A stretch of 62,162 nucleotides of DNA, filler included, from Catajapyx aquilonaris (lineage: Eukaryota): assembly GCA_000934665.2 (NCBI GenBank). It is 2 parts of 2 records of this genome, joined end to end, with 100 filler letters (N's around TTAATTAATTAA, not from the genome) between each part and the next. Parts side by side here need not be neighbours in the genome. Positions count along the whole stretch, not along the records: positions 1 to 30,938 come from JYFJ02004605.1; positions 31,039 to 62,162 come from KZ539180.1. One strand, written 5' to 3'. Below, in pieces: positions 23,671 to 36,035 of this stretch; position 1 is the first letter of the stretch, and every line of letters begins with the position of its first letter. Position numbers and translations under genes: made by a program. Under the pieces are notes generated by a model. That model saw nothing but the letters and a program-made list of their open reading frames with translations. It made no database searches and had not been told where the DNA came from.

Positions 23671-24282
23671 TGCAAACCACTCATTTCTGAGGTTAGTGAA
23701 AGTGATCTTGTTATGAAGCTATGCCTGAACCCATGCCAGGTCACAGGTCTACTTATAGGGCACAAGGTCAATTCCGGTTTGTTTCCAGTTGATTCTACTG
23801 GTATGCTGATGAAATATATTATGCATATGACACAGTTTCTTCTTGTAATTATTTCATCCCTCTTCCCCTATGCAATTCCAGGAGCACATTTCTCGAAACT
23901 CCCTACCCCTTTGCCCCTTTGCCCATCCCAATGTCATACACATGGACATGAGAAAATTTATGTCGAACCGAAAGAGGTGCCATGCAAATTAAAATCAATA
24001 ATTTCATACTGTACATGAATAAGGAGATGACCAAGGAGACAGATGAGCAGGTTTCTCTTCTAGATATTTCCCAGGACAACCACGTCACATGCCTGCCATT
24101 GGGGCAGAGGACAAAGGTAAAGACACACTTGAGGCACCATGAGGGAGTTGTCAGGGTCAACAATTGAAACTGGTGTGGACAGACCCAATTGTTGGTCGCA
24201 TGCAGGGAACTGTTGGGAGTGGATGACCATCATGAGCCAGGTCTTACGCCCACATTTGGACGATATTCTTACTCTACCATTT

Positions 24283-24572
24283 CATTGGGACTGGACACTA
24301 CATTTCAATGCCTGGAGGGAAGGTCGACAGAGTTGACATGAAGGAAGTGGACATAGTTGGCACGGTGGATACGATAACTGGATGAAGGGAGTTGCATGTG
24401 GCTGCTGATCGTGGTCACCCCCATGTGGTCAGCTTCCTCCTGGACAGGAGAGTAGAGGTGAATGCAGTCGTTTGGGGGGATATGACCCACAGTGCATCAT
24501 GCTGCATTCAATGGCCAGAAGTCCACAGTCGTCCTCCTTTTGGTAAGGAGGGAAGACGCCAATGGAAATTCT
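24283..24572 (+). pseudogene. Decayed ankyrin-repeat coding fragment (about 3 repeats)
   Basis: WDWTLHFNAW; LHVAADRGHPHVVSFLLDRRVEVNA; after a frameshift VHHAAFNGQKSTVVLLLVRREDAN; stops and frameshifts present. Confidence 0.72.
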
Positions 24573-26714
24573 GATGGGCCCTGACGGTTGACGGCCACCA
24601 TCTTCTCCTTGTGCGTCACATGCGGTTTTCCAGTACAGGCCGTGGATCCTCCCAGAGGTCTTCTTCCCAACTGCTACCCAAGCCGTTGTCCCTGCCAGTA
24701 CCCCGCAAGGGATCTCTTGATGGTTGGGGGATTGAAGCCCATCCCTACCCTTTGACCCTGAAGACCTCCAGGAAGCCACGACAAAGTCCTTCCGCTCAAA
24801 CTCATCTCCTAATAATTTTCTAAAATGTGGCTGCAATCACTGAAGCTGTTGGCTGGCTGCATCAGCAAAATGTTAACTCTTGGGCACTTGCTGTGATGTC
24901 CTCATTCTTGGGACAGGACCACTGCTTGCAGGTGTGGCTCAAGTGTAGTAATGATCTACCATGCCTGTAAAAATTTAAATAAACATTGTTGCCCAATCCA
25001 ATTGCCTCCTGGGACCTCTCAAAATTGAAATAGTTGGAAACTTGACAATTTCCCACACTCACTTTCACACCTCAGAAAATCAGCAAAAAGTTACTTGCAC
25101 TTTTGTGTCTGATTTCATTAGCTCCAATTCGAATTAAAATATCTTCGCTTGCAGCAACAAAATTGATCCCGAAACACACCATTTACCATCACCAGTCATT
25201 GCTATCAAAATGCAATAATTTCCAAGATAATTGTTATAATGTTAATCATAGCATCCCATTTTTTAATTTACATAATGCACATTAAAACATTTATGGAATA
25301 AATTATGGGGCAATACTGGTTGCAGTGATATATCTCTTGAAATGGGGGTACCACACGGCACCACCAAGAGCAGGCACACAATTTCTTTACATACTAATTT
25401 TACTAAAAACAGACCCTTAAATATAGTGGTCGTCACAAAGTCTATCACAATTAAAAATTAGTGAAGGCCACTAGTGCATGCTAGGATTTTTAAAATCAAA
25501 AAGTTGCAACGGGATGACTTTTCAATCCCTAGTTTTCCATCCCAGAACCAACGAAAAGCTTCTGTATCTATAGTTACTCAGTTACACCCCCCTTTGAAAA
25601 TTGCGGTCCACAGTGAAACATCCTTCAAGACAGCCTTTCCATCCTCTCATTTGCTCCTGAAAGGACTAATTTCGTATTATGGTGTACCTGGATATGTGCA
25701 CCAGTCGCTTCCCAACACAGATGTCCTTCCTCGACAGTTGCTACCAGGTTGTCAAGCTGAAGTCATGTGTCCTCCTTCCCAAGTCCTCCACAGTAGACCT
25801 GCTTGGTGGGGAGGCAATGCTGGCCTGGTGCGGGTTGGTGCATGCAGACACAAGCAAGGCAGGATCTGTAGTAGTTGACCTCCAGATGACTCATTTCGTG
25901 TCCAAACTGAAAAGCAATTCACAATGCTGTAAATACACTTCATTTTGAGCAACTTTCATCAGCAACTATATATGACTCATTTTTGTCATCTGGCTTTGCA
26001 ATGACACTGGATTCATTTTATAACTTTCTACCATTATTCAGAATTAATAAGATGAATGGATCTCACATGATTTGGAATTACTGAGTATGATGAAAAAGTT
26101 GATACAATTTGGATGATTGTAAATTTTATGCAAATTTGGAGAAGCAAGTCATCAGCACAATTTTTGCAACCACATGAATTAATACAGATGCACACATATA
26201 GTCTAACTTGCTTATTTGACCACATGTCAACTACACTCATCATACATTAAATGCCTCACATGTAAATGTTAATTGCGAGGACGAGGCTTTTTTTGGGGGT
26301 TGGGAAGCTACCTGCTCCGCCCAAAAGTTTTCGCCCATTTTGTGAACACCAACGCTGATGCTGGGAGGAGTGGAGTTTATCACAATCGAATATTTATATA
26401 AATCCCGACATACTGATCGAATATTTTGCCCATTAAAGACCCAGAAAAAGCTAATGCACTTGGCATAAATATTTCAGAATAGAAGATTCCCACCACTCAC
26501 ATGTTGGTGCAACTTGTGTACCTTTCCTAAATTTAAAGAAGCTTTTTAAAAAATAGCAGCTCGGCACCTTTTCTGACTAATAATGATTCACTTAATTCCC
26601 TCCCTCAACATTTAGCATGATTCCCAAAGCTGCCTCCGCCACCTACACCAATCATGTAGATGCATCACGAAAAGCTGCAGCAACAAGCAAGAAGAAACAC
26701 AGCATAAAGCCACC

Positions 26715-27049
26715 TTTACATGCTAGCGATGTTACAGCATTGTACATAAAGAATGGTACGATTACATGGACCAAATGTTTATCCTGTTCCGAACGCCTGG
26801 GTTGCCAGCATGTTCTTCAAGTGTCACAAGGAAGTGCAGGAAAAGGGAATCAAAATAGAACAAAAAAGAGAAGTTTTTTTTCTCTTTTTTGTTCTATTTC
26901 GATTCCCCCCAGGCCTTGGGAACAGGATAAACATTTGGTCTATGTAGTCGTACCATTCTTTATGAGCGGCACTGTACATCGCTGATCGAAACAATGTATT
27001 TTCACCCCAAATAATTGGTCTGATCGCTGCAACATCACTTGCATGTAAA
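26715..27049. repeat. Long imperfect palindrome (fold-back inversion) centred near 26875
   Basis: 26745-26800 is the reverse complement of 26905-26963; inner gggaatcaaaatagaacaaaaaagagaa pairs with ttctctttttt-gttctatttcgattccc; outer tttacatgc / gcatgtaaa. Confidence 0.8.
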
Positions 27050-30016
27050 CCCAGCTCAAAGGTCTAAACTCATATTGATTTGAAACTCCAGACTTGTATG
27101 CTCAAGTCCCAACTTTTGCACTCGAAAGCAACAAATGCGTGAGATGCGCTTGCGGCTTTGACCTGCCACAGGTAGATCGCATGCCCAAGCACATTCCCCT
27201 CACACAACTAGTAACCAATCGCTCTGGTAATTGTTGGCGCTAGATTCTCACCGTTCAATTATCGTACTTTCAGGCCATGCGCACAGGTCCAATCCAGCAG
27301 ACTTTGGGCAGGCAGGAAGTGGGTGTGGCACCAGCGCTCACACTGCCATCAGAATGTGCTTCCTTGGGGAGCCATGACCTCTACAGCACTGCCCGCCACC
27401 CACTTCCTGCCTGCTTCCCATCAGCTGAATCTGACGCTACCGTCCACGCCCCTCTGCTTCCGAGGCACATCAATTTGTGGGATCCTCCAATGGCCTGGAC
27501 TGACCGCCCTTCGCCAGCGTTCAAAGGCCATCCGCCCTTCTCCCTCCATCCTGTGCATATTCCTGCTGAGGGGACCTGGCTTCGTCGCAGTCATGTGGCA
27601 CTCACAGCTCACACTTTAAATGAGCAGTAATTAAAATTTGTAATGTAAAATCGTGGCCCATAATTAGCTCGTTCTGCAACCTCACCTGTTCCGGGGGCAG
27701 TGGAAGGGGGCCGACCTGGCGTCACCAGGGCTGTAGGGCTGCACCTTCCCCCGTCCTGCTTGCTTCGTGCCGTCGTGGCCCTGCCCATGGGCGGCCCTCG
27801 TGCGGGGCTTGGACCAGGGGCGTGCCCCTAGGCGGAGGAGACCCGAGCCATCCGCACCCTTCTTCTTCGTTCTTCGGAGGGGGATGGCGTCGATTAATCG
27901 ATACTGAAGACGGAATATCGATACGCGCATCGGGGCCATAAGAGGCCATGGCGGACACACGATGAATCGAATCCGAATCGATGTATCGGACACCAGCGCC
28001 GCAGGGTGGACGGGAGGCGAACTACGGCGGAATACGTGCCCTACCACCAGATGGCAGCAGAGGAGCTGATCACATTATGATTTGGAAGGTTCGGTCGCTC
28101 CGCTGCGATGGTGGACGCCATCTTTGGTCCAACAGTGTCGGACACTGACGGATCACAGTCCTTTTCGGTGCAGAAGTTACGAAAAAGGAAAGACCTAGTG
28201 TGATGTGCTGTGGCCACCAAAGGGCGACACAAAAGTACGCCTATTTCGCTACCAACCAATTACTAATAACATTTTCTGCCCGTAAATGATGCGAACACAT
28301 CAACAAGGCTGCATTCTTGTCAATTATTGGCCCCTTTACTTCAATATTCGCAACAGAATGTGATCAGTGGACTTCACTTCAGCACTGACAACCTAGACGT
28401 GAACGCCAAGTGGGGGACAGAACCCTTCGTATTTACTCGTAGGCCTACAACAAAACAACTGAAACATATCTACAAAAATACTCCCAACTTGATAATTAGT
28501 TAGGCTACATTGAAAACATTAAATGGGATTGAAAGTACAAAGTGGAAGTATCCACGTGAAAGTGTAGCTCCATCATCAGTTGCACATTTGGAAACTTCAT
28601 GTATGTCAGTGGGCCACAATCAGTGTATCGTATTATGAGGATAGGTCATGACCACCTGCAGGGATCGCAAAGGAAGCCCCCAAACATCCGCAGAAGGATC
28701 GTCCAATTGAACCCAATAAAGCACCTAACACAGAAGCAGAAAAGTTCGTCATACACTAGAGATGTTGCAACAGAATACGATCAGTGGACTTCAGCATTGG
28801 CAGCATTTTGTCAACTAAATGCTTATGCGCAACATTAACACGTGAGGGTTGCCGAGGCTTTAGGACAGCTGTTTTATGAAGAGAGTCGCCAACATGTGAC
28901 ATCGGTCGACTCCGATTGGCTCAAAATGAAAACAGAGCCCCCGAATATGCAGGACAAATAGCACCCAGCTATAGCATTTCTAGCATATTCCTTGCAATAT
29001 CTCCTCGACCACACGACAACTAGACTTTTCAAGTCACAAGTTGAGATTGTGAATTACTTATGCTGACTTCTTGCTGAATTTGGTGCTGGTAACAAAGTGG
29101 GGTTGCGACGAAAGCACTGACCATGCAGCCTACTATACGAACTTTGAAAATAATAGCATGAAAGCGACGAAGACTTGTCTGTAAGTTCACCAGTGCCAGT
29201 TCAACTGTTTTTCAAAACAAAAGGAAGTGAGCGCCCCAACAACAGAAGATAGGCTATGAAACATTCAGATTGCAATAAGAATGCGCGACGTATGAACAAC
29301 AAAACGAGAGAGCAGAAACCGACCTAACAAAAAGCATGGCGACGAGCTGAAAAACGCATCGGACGGCCGAGAAAGAAACGAAGGAAAATGATCAACCCTG
29401 ACACGACAATCTTGTATCCGAGACCCTAGAACACCTATGTCCTATCAAGACGTGGTTATTGTGGACACTGATTCAGCAGAACTCTTAAAAAACTGATCAC
29501 ACCTTGTCAACGGGTTTCTGGGAGTAAAAATAATTTCGGTACCTTTTGATCCTCCGTGAAGTGGCCCGACTTAACACATGCAAACTTCTTTGTGTACCCT
29601 CGCCTGATTGGATACAAAGGCTCCCAGGTTAAAATATGTCGTACCCTGAAGAATTGTCATCAATATTATATGGGTATGAGCGGGTGGTTTATCAAAGTAT
29701 GGATGTGATGTAGCTCACTGCAAAACATTATAGTTGTTTGACTGATAAGACCATTGGATCTTCCCAGGTGGTTAGATTTATACCGTATATTAATAATTAT
29801 TATTCATTTCGTGCTCTAGTTACCCATGGTGGCTCTGATGCGTGCTGAGGAAGGGAGCCTATAGAATAGTATGTTGTTTCCCTGCTACCATGACGCCGTC
29901 CCCACCTTCCACGACTGTCGAGAGAGGCGATAATGACTTATCGACTTTGGATCACCCATATGTGCACAGGATATTTTACAGATGGGAAAGACGGCATTTG
30001 AGGCACCCCGCTTACA

Positions 30017-30160
30017 CTCAACTTCTTTCGGAAGATTGTCAAAAAGTGACTCTACCGGCTAGTTGAAGTGTACGCAAAAGAAGGACATCTGAGTGAAACC
30101 CCTGACTAAGGCTAAGTTTGGGAAAAGAAGGTACAATTGCGGGAGAACAATACACGGGAC
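30017..30160 (+). mobile_element. Merlin/ISXO2-like transposase fragment
   Basis: LNFFRKIV ... AKFGKRRYNCGRTIHG matches the Merlin motif (IDE)SKFGKRKYNRGR. Confidence 0.6.
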
Positions 30161-30938
30161 GACACTTCCTTGGGTCCAGTGCAGAGGAACCGTCCTCATC
30201 TGGTTCCTTCCGACACACTTACGGCCAGCCCAAAAATCAAGTAAAAGGACAAATCCGGAACAGAATCATTTAAAGGCAGAGTGTATGTTTCTGTCTGGTT
30301 GGCATGTCCATCTTAGCATCCTGCATTTAAGAAATAAGTGTAAAATTCAGTAGATCACTATGATTAGTCAGTAGTAGTAATAATCAGGACATTACACGTG
30401 CACATGGGTGTAGGATAACTGATGCAAGTCCAGATACCTAATTACATTTTGCAACACCTTATTTGTCAATGGAAATTCACAGGCATATCCGTGTTCCTTA
30501 GGTCACAAGTAACTCATAATGGGCATTCATTTTGTCTCTGATTTGTTTTTGACCTCGGGGCAGTCAAAAAACCAAAGTCCTCAAATGTAGCAGTATATTT
30601 CCCAATCAAGTGGGCCTAAATGTTGCTAGACCATCTCGGATTTTTCGGAAAATAATCACAGCTGTACAAACCTATGCCGTAACACTGCAAATCAAGTTTC
30701 AGCCAAATTGCGAAATACCGTGGGGAGGGGGAATAAATCGCGATATTTTGAAAATGGGGCCCTTTTTGGATAATTTTTTTCGGTTATTGGAAGTGGTCAA
30801 AACCCAATCAACATATACCGGTACATCAAATGAAAGAGAAACGCGAGTATAATTCGCCTGTGGAATTTGTCTTTCTCGAAAATGCACTCATAAAAACATG
30901 CGTGGCATTGCATCCAGGGCCCTGCAGAGGGGGGGGGG

Positions 30939-31038
30939 NNNNNNNNNNNNNNNNNNNNNNNNNNNNNNNNNNNNNNNNNNNNTTAATTAATTAANNNNNN
31001 NNNNNNNNNNNNNNNNNNNNNNNNNNNNNNNNNNNNNN
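30939..31038. other. Artificial 100-bp contig spacer: N44 + TTAATTAATTAA + N44
   Basis: Exactly symmetric N runs around a 12-mer that gives stop codons in all six frames. Confidence 0.92.
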
Positions 31039-32773
31039 CCTGCATGTCTGGCCACAAATAGACGCAACAAGGGCTAGTTGATGGATTACTTGTTGATAAC
31101 CACCTTCGATACAGAGGTACAACCTTGTTGTGGCAAAATCATATCTGGCTGGAGTGAATAATCGATGAGCATGCGGGAGTTGGGTGTGTTGTTGCTTTTT
31201 TTAACGACCACCCTGTGCTTTGGCGAGTAGGCTATGCGAAACGAAGAGTCGAACTGGTGTATAGCATAGTACACTCAATTGCTAGCATCATTGCAGTCAG
31301 GAGTGTACTATGTGTAACGACTCTCTCGCAAAGTGGCAGACCTCCACAAAGCAATTTTGTGGGAGGCCAGTTACATAATACAAGTCGGGGTTTTATATAG
31401 GAAAAAAATATATAGGGTTGGACACAAATAGAGAGTCGCAGTATTATGATGTTTACTATGCGGTAGTTTTTTTTATATCATTTAATGTTACTGTTGTGCT
31501 GACCCTGTTTTCTAGGCCGGTCTCTATATTGAGAGGACTTTAGGAATTCGCAGTATTATATATTTTTTTCCGCCCAGGCCAGAGAGAGTGTCTAACAATC
31601 TTCACTGGACTCTGCCTGGAGATTGGCCAAACACACAAATTCACTCTGGAATCTGTTTTTTTCCCCATATTACGTTAGTCAGCTGGACAGGAGTTTGCAC
31701 TTATTATTTTTGGCTCTATCATTGAGAGCCAGACTTTTTCTGCAAATTGTGATGCACTCTAGCAGCCTCGCAGAATTTTATTTCTAGCCCGTAATTCAGC
31801 AGTTAGGTTAAATTTGGTTGCTTAAAATGAAGTTATTCCAAATGACGAAATAAATTGAACTTGCACTTGCTTACATTATAAAGACAGAAAATTCTGGATA
31901 GCTGGCTCATTATTATTTACGAATAAATGAACTTGAGACCAAATTTTCATATGAGAGCAGTAACGTAGTATTTAATGCACATTTTTATTATGTTAGATAT
32001 ATTTCAGTTAATATTATTAAATAGTTTAGCATGAGATTTTCGAACAATAATATTGGTTCTGAAATTTTTTTGCCCATAACATACCAGAAGGCCTTCACTG
32101 TATGCTAATTTTGCTGATGCCAGATAGAATTTTGAAGGCTGCTTGAGGGCTTGTTCAAAACATAACGACATAGCTGTTTCGTTCTGAGTTGACTAGGTAT
32201 GAGAGAGTAAAAGTGGGTCGAATTTATTAAACCTAATAGAGGGCCATTTTTTTTTTTTGCGAACGTACTGGTATATCAGGGCATATTTCCCCTCTTTTGC
32301 TCATTACAACATTGTAACTACGCAATTATCATCACGGATGGGTATTGTAGCGTCATAATAAAATATAATGATATTGATTGCTATAAATCACCCATGAACA
32401 AAGGGCTGCTCGGTATATGTCCCACTCGTTTCCTCTTAGGCTTCCGGTTATCAAGTTCAACTAAATTTGCAAAACTTCAGGGACCAAAACAACTATGCTA
32501 TGATAATCAGGCATTTGGAGGACACTAATATGAGCATCGTACTCGGAAATTCCGGATCCATGTAGTGTCCTTGCTTTGAGAATGTGATGCCAGTCCTCAT
32601 GCAGGATGTCTAAAAAGGTGGGGGACTTGATATACCCTAGCACTTCCACTACTGAAACTACCCATTTTCGGCCAAAAGTGAACTTACCCTTTCCCCCCCT
32701 CCCTCCTTCTACCCCCAGACCGCCCCTTTCCTATTTAAAAAAATCTATCCTGTAGCAAACCTATCTTTCATAC

Positions 32774-33180
32774 CTTTTTTCATCAATCGGAAAAAGTCTT
32801 ATAGCACGGCTCTGTCCGTCCGTCCGTCCGTCTGTGGAGAGGTATCAGGTATCATGGGGTAGGAGTAGGGAGGGCGGACTGGACTGGGAGGTCAGGGGGA
32901 AATGACGGTCTGGGGAGAATGGGCGGTCAGGGGTAGGGGGTGGTGGGGGAAAGGGGCAGATAGAGTGAACCCGGAACCCGAACATCGAAAAAAGTCTTAT
33001 AGCACGACTCTGTGGGCAGGTATCATGGCCTAAACGGCAAGAGATAGTGACAAACGGTTTTCGGATTCTGATTAAGAGTGATCCAAACAGGTGTCATTTG
33101 TCAACTTCCTGTCACCCGCCACTTTCGGATTTTAGGGTTAACTCTATCCGCACAAGTCTGTTTTATACAGGCGGGTTATC
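32774..33180 (+). mobile_element. DINE-1/Helentron-like non-autonomous element remnant
   Basis: (GTCC)n microsatellite ctgtccgtccgtccgtccgtctgt; internal duplication of aaaaagtcttatagcacg at ~32791 and ~32990; boundaries approximate. Confidence 0.45.
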
Positions 33181-34282
33181 CGTTAGATTTCGATATTAGT
33201 TTCCGTAGATTTCTGACCATGTGTGTCGGGAATTTACCCTGGGTTTTACTGTAACTGGCGCTCTGGAACAGGGGCTGTGTAATTAATTTCTGAAGTTGGA
33301 CCGATATGCGATGCAAGTCCTCGGCCGCCATGATGTCACTCATAAAGAATGAGAAAACCTGTATACTAGAATCACGCTCACGTAATTTGTCAATCTTGTT
33401 ATAAATACAGGGTGTTTCATAATGATTCGGACGGTAGGATGACTCGTGGGTACACAATTTTTTATGGGCTCAAAATGGGCTCCCATTGCGCTTGTCGCAA
33501 CGACCAAATGTGTTTTGCGCAAGCCATTTATCTTGTTTTGGTGCAAATGCTCTCTGCTGCCTTTGTACGAGACTGGATTCGCGCAGAGTGAAGCATTAGT
33601 GGCGTTGCACTGCAGGTATTTGTGCCTGAATCTCAGTGTTACCAGACAAATGGGAAACAGTGGTAGTTTTCCAGTGCAGTGCAGCATGATTCCCATGTAA
33701 TATTAAAACTAGCTTTCACCGTCCATTATAGCTAGGCCCAGCCATTTTCCAACAAGCCTATAGACCCTCTAACTGTAAGTTTAGGGAGTACTGCGCCAAT
33801 AAGCGCGAATGTTTTAGGCTGCTCTTATGTTTAACAAGGAAATTTAAAAGCACTTCTGGAATTAAGGATGGTATTATTATTTTAAGAGAGCATACAAATT
33901 TCTTTGAAGTCGGCTTCTGGCACGTGAGTCTGCTTTAGCATAACTTTAGAGGAATAGTAATGGTTTGTCGTAGAGGGTGTAGAAAAAGAGTATAATGTTT
34001 CGTTACTGTTGCTGAGTAGCATAGACCGATGAAGAAATTGGTTCTAATAAATTTATGTAAATTTTGGCTCCATTACGGAGGTAATTGCATGTTAATTTTG
34101 GTTTTGATAACCATGTGCATGATAAGGAATATGATGCTGGTTAGATAACTCCTCTGCCATTGGTGGTTATGGTATGAAATAACTCGCAGGATATTCCATA
34201 TTTTTTCGCATGGGTAAGCATGGGTATCGCATGGTATCGCACGGGTAAGCATGGGTAAGTAATAAGCTACTTCTCGTATTTA

Positions 34283-34556
34283 ACCGAAGCAGGGGTGGCG
34301 GAGGGGATATGGTATCCGACTGCTAATCGGGAGGTCCTGGGTTCTAATCCCGGTGCCGGCAACTCTAACCGTGGTTTTCTGTGGTTTCCCACGGTTCCTC
34401 CAGGAGAATTGCGGAGTTGTTTCCTAAACTAATAGGCCACAGCCGCCTCCTTCCTTTCCTATCCTATCCCAAAAAGCGCAGTAAAAACGAAACGAAGAGT
34501 TCCAGTAAAAAAAAATATCCCCCTTTAGCCGCCGGCAGATAACGGGTATGAATTAT
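34283..34556 (+). mobile_element. tRNA-derived SINE family A, copy 2 (full head)
   Basis: 15-bp TSD tacttctcgtattta at 34268-34282 and 34557-34571; A-box-like gtggcggagggg and B-box-like ggttctaatccc; body matches 3524-3794. Confidence 0.9.
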
Positions 34557-34899
34557 TACTTCTCGTATTTACGCCACCAAACAGAAATACAATTAACTGA
34601 CTTTGATAATTACAGTATGAACCCCGCTGCAATGTGTCTGGTGTGTACAGTACCGTTCATAAAGAATGATACAGTACGACTTACTATACAGAACAACGTG
34701 ATTTCAAGGTCTGGTTGCTGTAAAATCAAAATCTTATATGAAATTTTGTGAATACCGGTAGTAGGGCATAACGTATCAATCACACCAGTCATTCATGTGT
34801 CATGCCTTTATTTGCCCTGGTTATGCCAATCGGTCACAACCAGTCGCCACAATTTTTGTTCGGAATAGTACAAGGTGTAATATTCGAGCATTCGAGACA

Positions 34900-35049
34900 T
34901 GTACTATGGGGCTCAAATTGTTTTGGCCACTTTATCCTGGTCTTGAAGCAACCCTTCGCACAGGCCCGACGGTGAGCAAGTGAGTCTGTGTGAAGGGTTG
35001 CTTCAAGACCGGGATAAAGTGGCCAAAACAATTTGAGCCCCATAGTACA
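34900..35049. mobile_element. 150-bp hairpin MITE (TA-flanked), family also at 61616-61766
   Basis: Near-perfect ~60-bp arms tgtactatggggctcaaattgttttggccactttatcc... and their reverse complement. Confidence 0.85.
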
Positions 35050-35707
35050 CTATAACTTGTAAGATTGCAGCGAAAGGAGCTCGGGGGGAGGGGGTATATT
35101 TACACACATATTGTGGGTGATGTTTACCAAATGTGTATACTAGTTTTAGGATAAGCCCAAGTAGGCTTACATACTGTATTAATAATTGCATGGGCTACCT
35201 AAATTTCCTGAATAAATAGCGACTAAAAAGGGTTCCGATCAGAAATTGAGAAAATTCATTCCATTCTGGAGCGGAAAGAGAAAAGTTCATTATAGGCTAT
35301 TCAACTCTCGTTTCACACTTCTTATTGGCAGAATTATCTACCAATTTCGGATTCTTCCCCCCCNCCCCCCCCCCCGGAGACCCTTTATTTCCGGATTCTT
35401 TTAGTGGAACCAGGGTGTAAGAATTACTTTGAAAACATATCTTTAAATACACACAATTTCGTGCATTTGTGTCCTTTATTAAAATAATTAGCACCTGAAT
35501 ATGACCTGCTTCCGTCCTGTCGGTACGTTGCGGTACCCCTGCGACGCGACGCACTGTCTGTGCTAATTTGAAATTTATGCATCCGAACTCATCACTGCTA
35601 ACACTTCCAGGGATAGAGAAGTTAGTGCTAGAATCGGTTCGTCTGGGCCAGGGCACAGTGACGCGGTCATAAATCACTGATGTTATTGTGATGTACTAAT
35701 CTCACAA

Positions 35708-35960
35708 GGGCGACACGGTGGCCGAGGGGTTAGCGCCGCAGCCTTCCACCTCTAAGGTCCCGAGTTCGATCCCCGGATCGGACGGAGGATACTTATGTGG
35801 ATAGAGTTTCGATGGGTTCTCTCCGTGTTCGCGTAGGTTTTCTCGGGGTTCTCCCGTTTCCTCCCACTATCAAAATCCATCACATTACAGGCAAATGATT
35901 AAAGACGGTTATTCAAAAGATGATCCCCTAAGAGGCCCAAGGGGCCTATCACGGGGTATC

Positions 35961-36035
<75 letters not shown>
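35708..36035 (+). mobile_element. tRNA-derived SINE family B with V-domain-like core, copy 1
   Basis: 14-bp TSD tactaatctcacaa at 35694-35707 and 36036-36049; A box gtggccgaggggttag, B box gagttcgatccc; core ttctctccgtgttcgcgtaggttttctcggggttctcccgtttcctcccac; (ATT)n tail. Confidence 0.9.
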
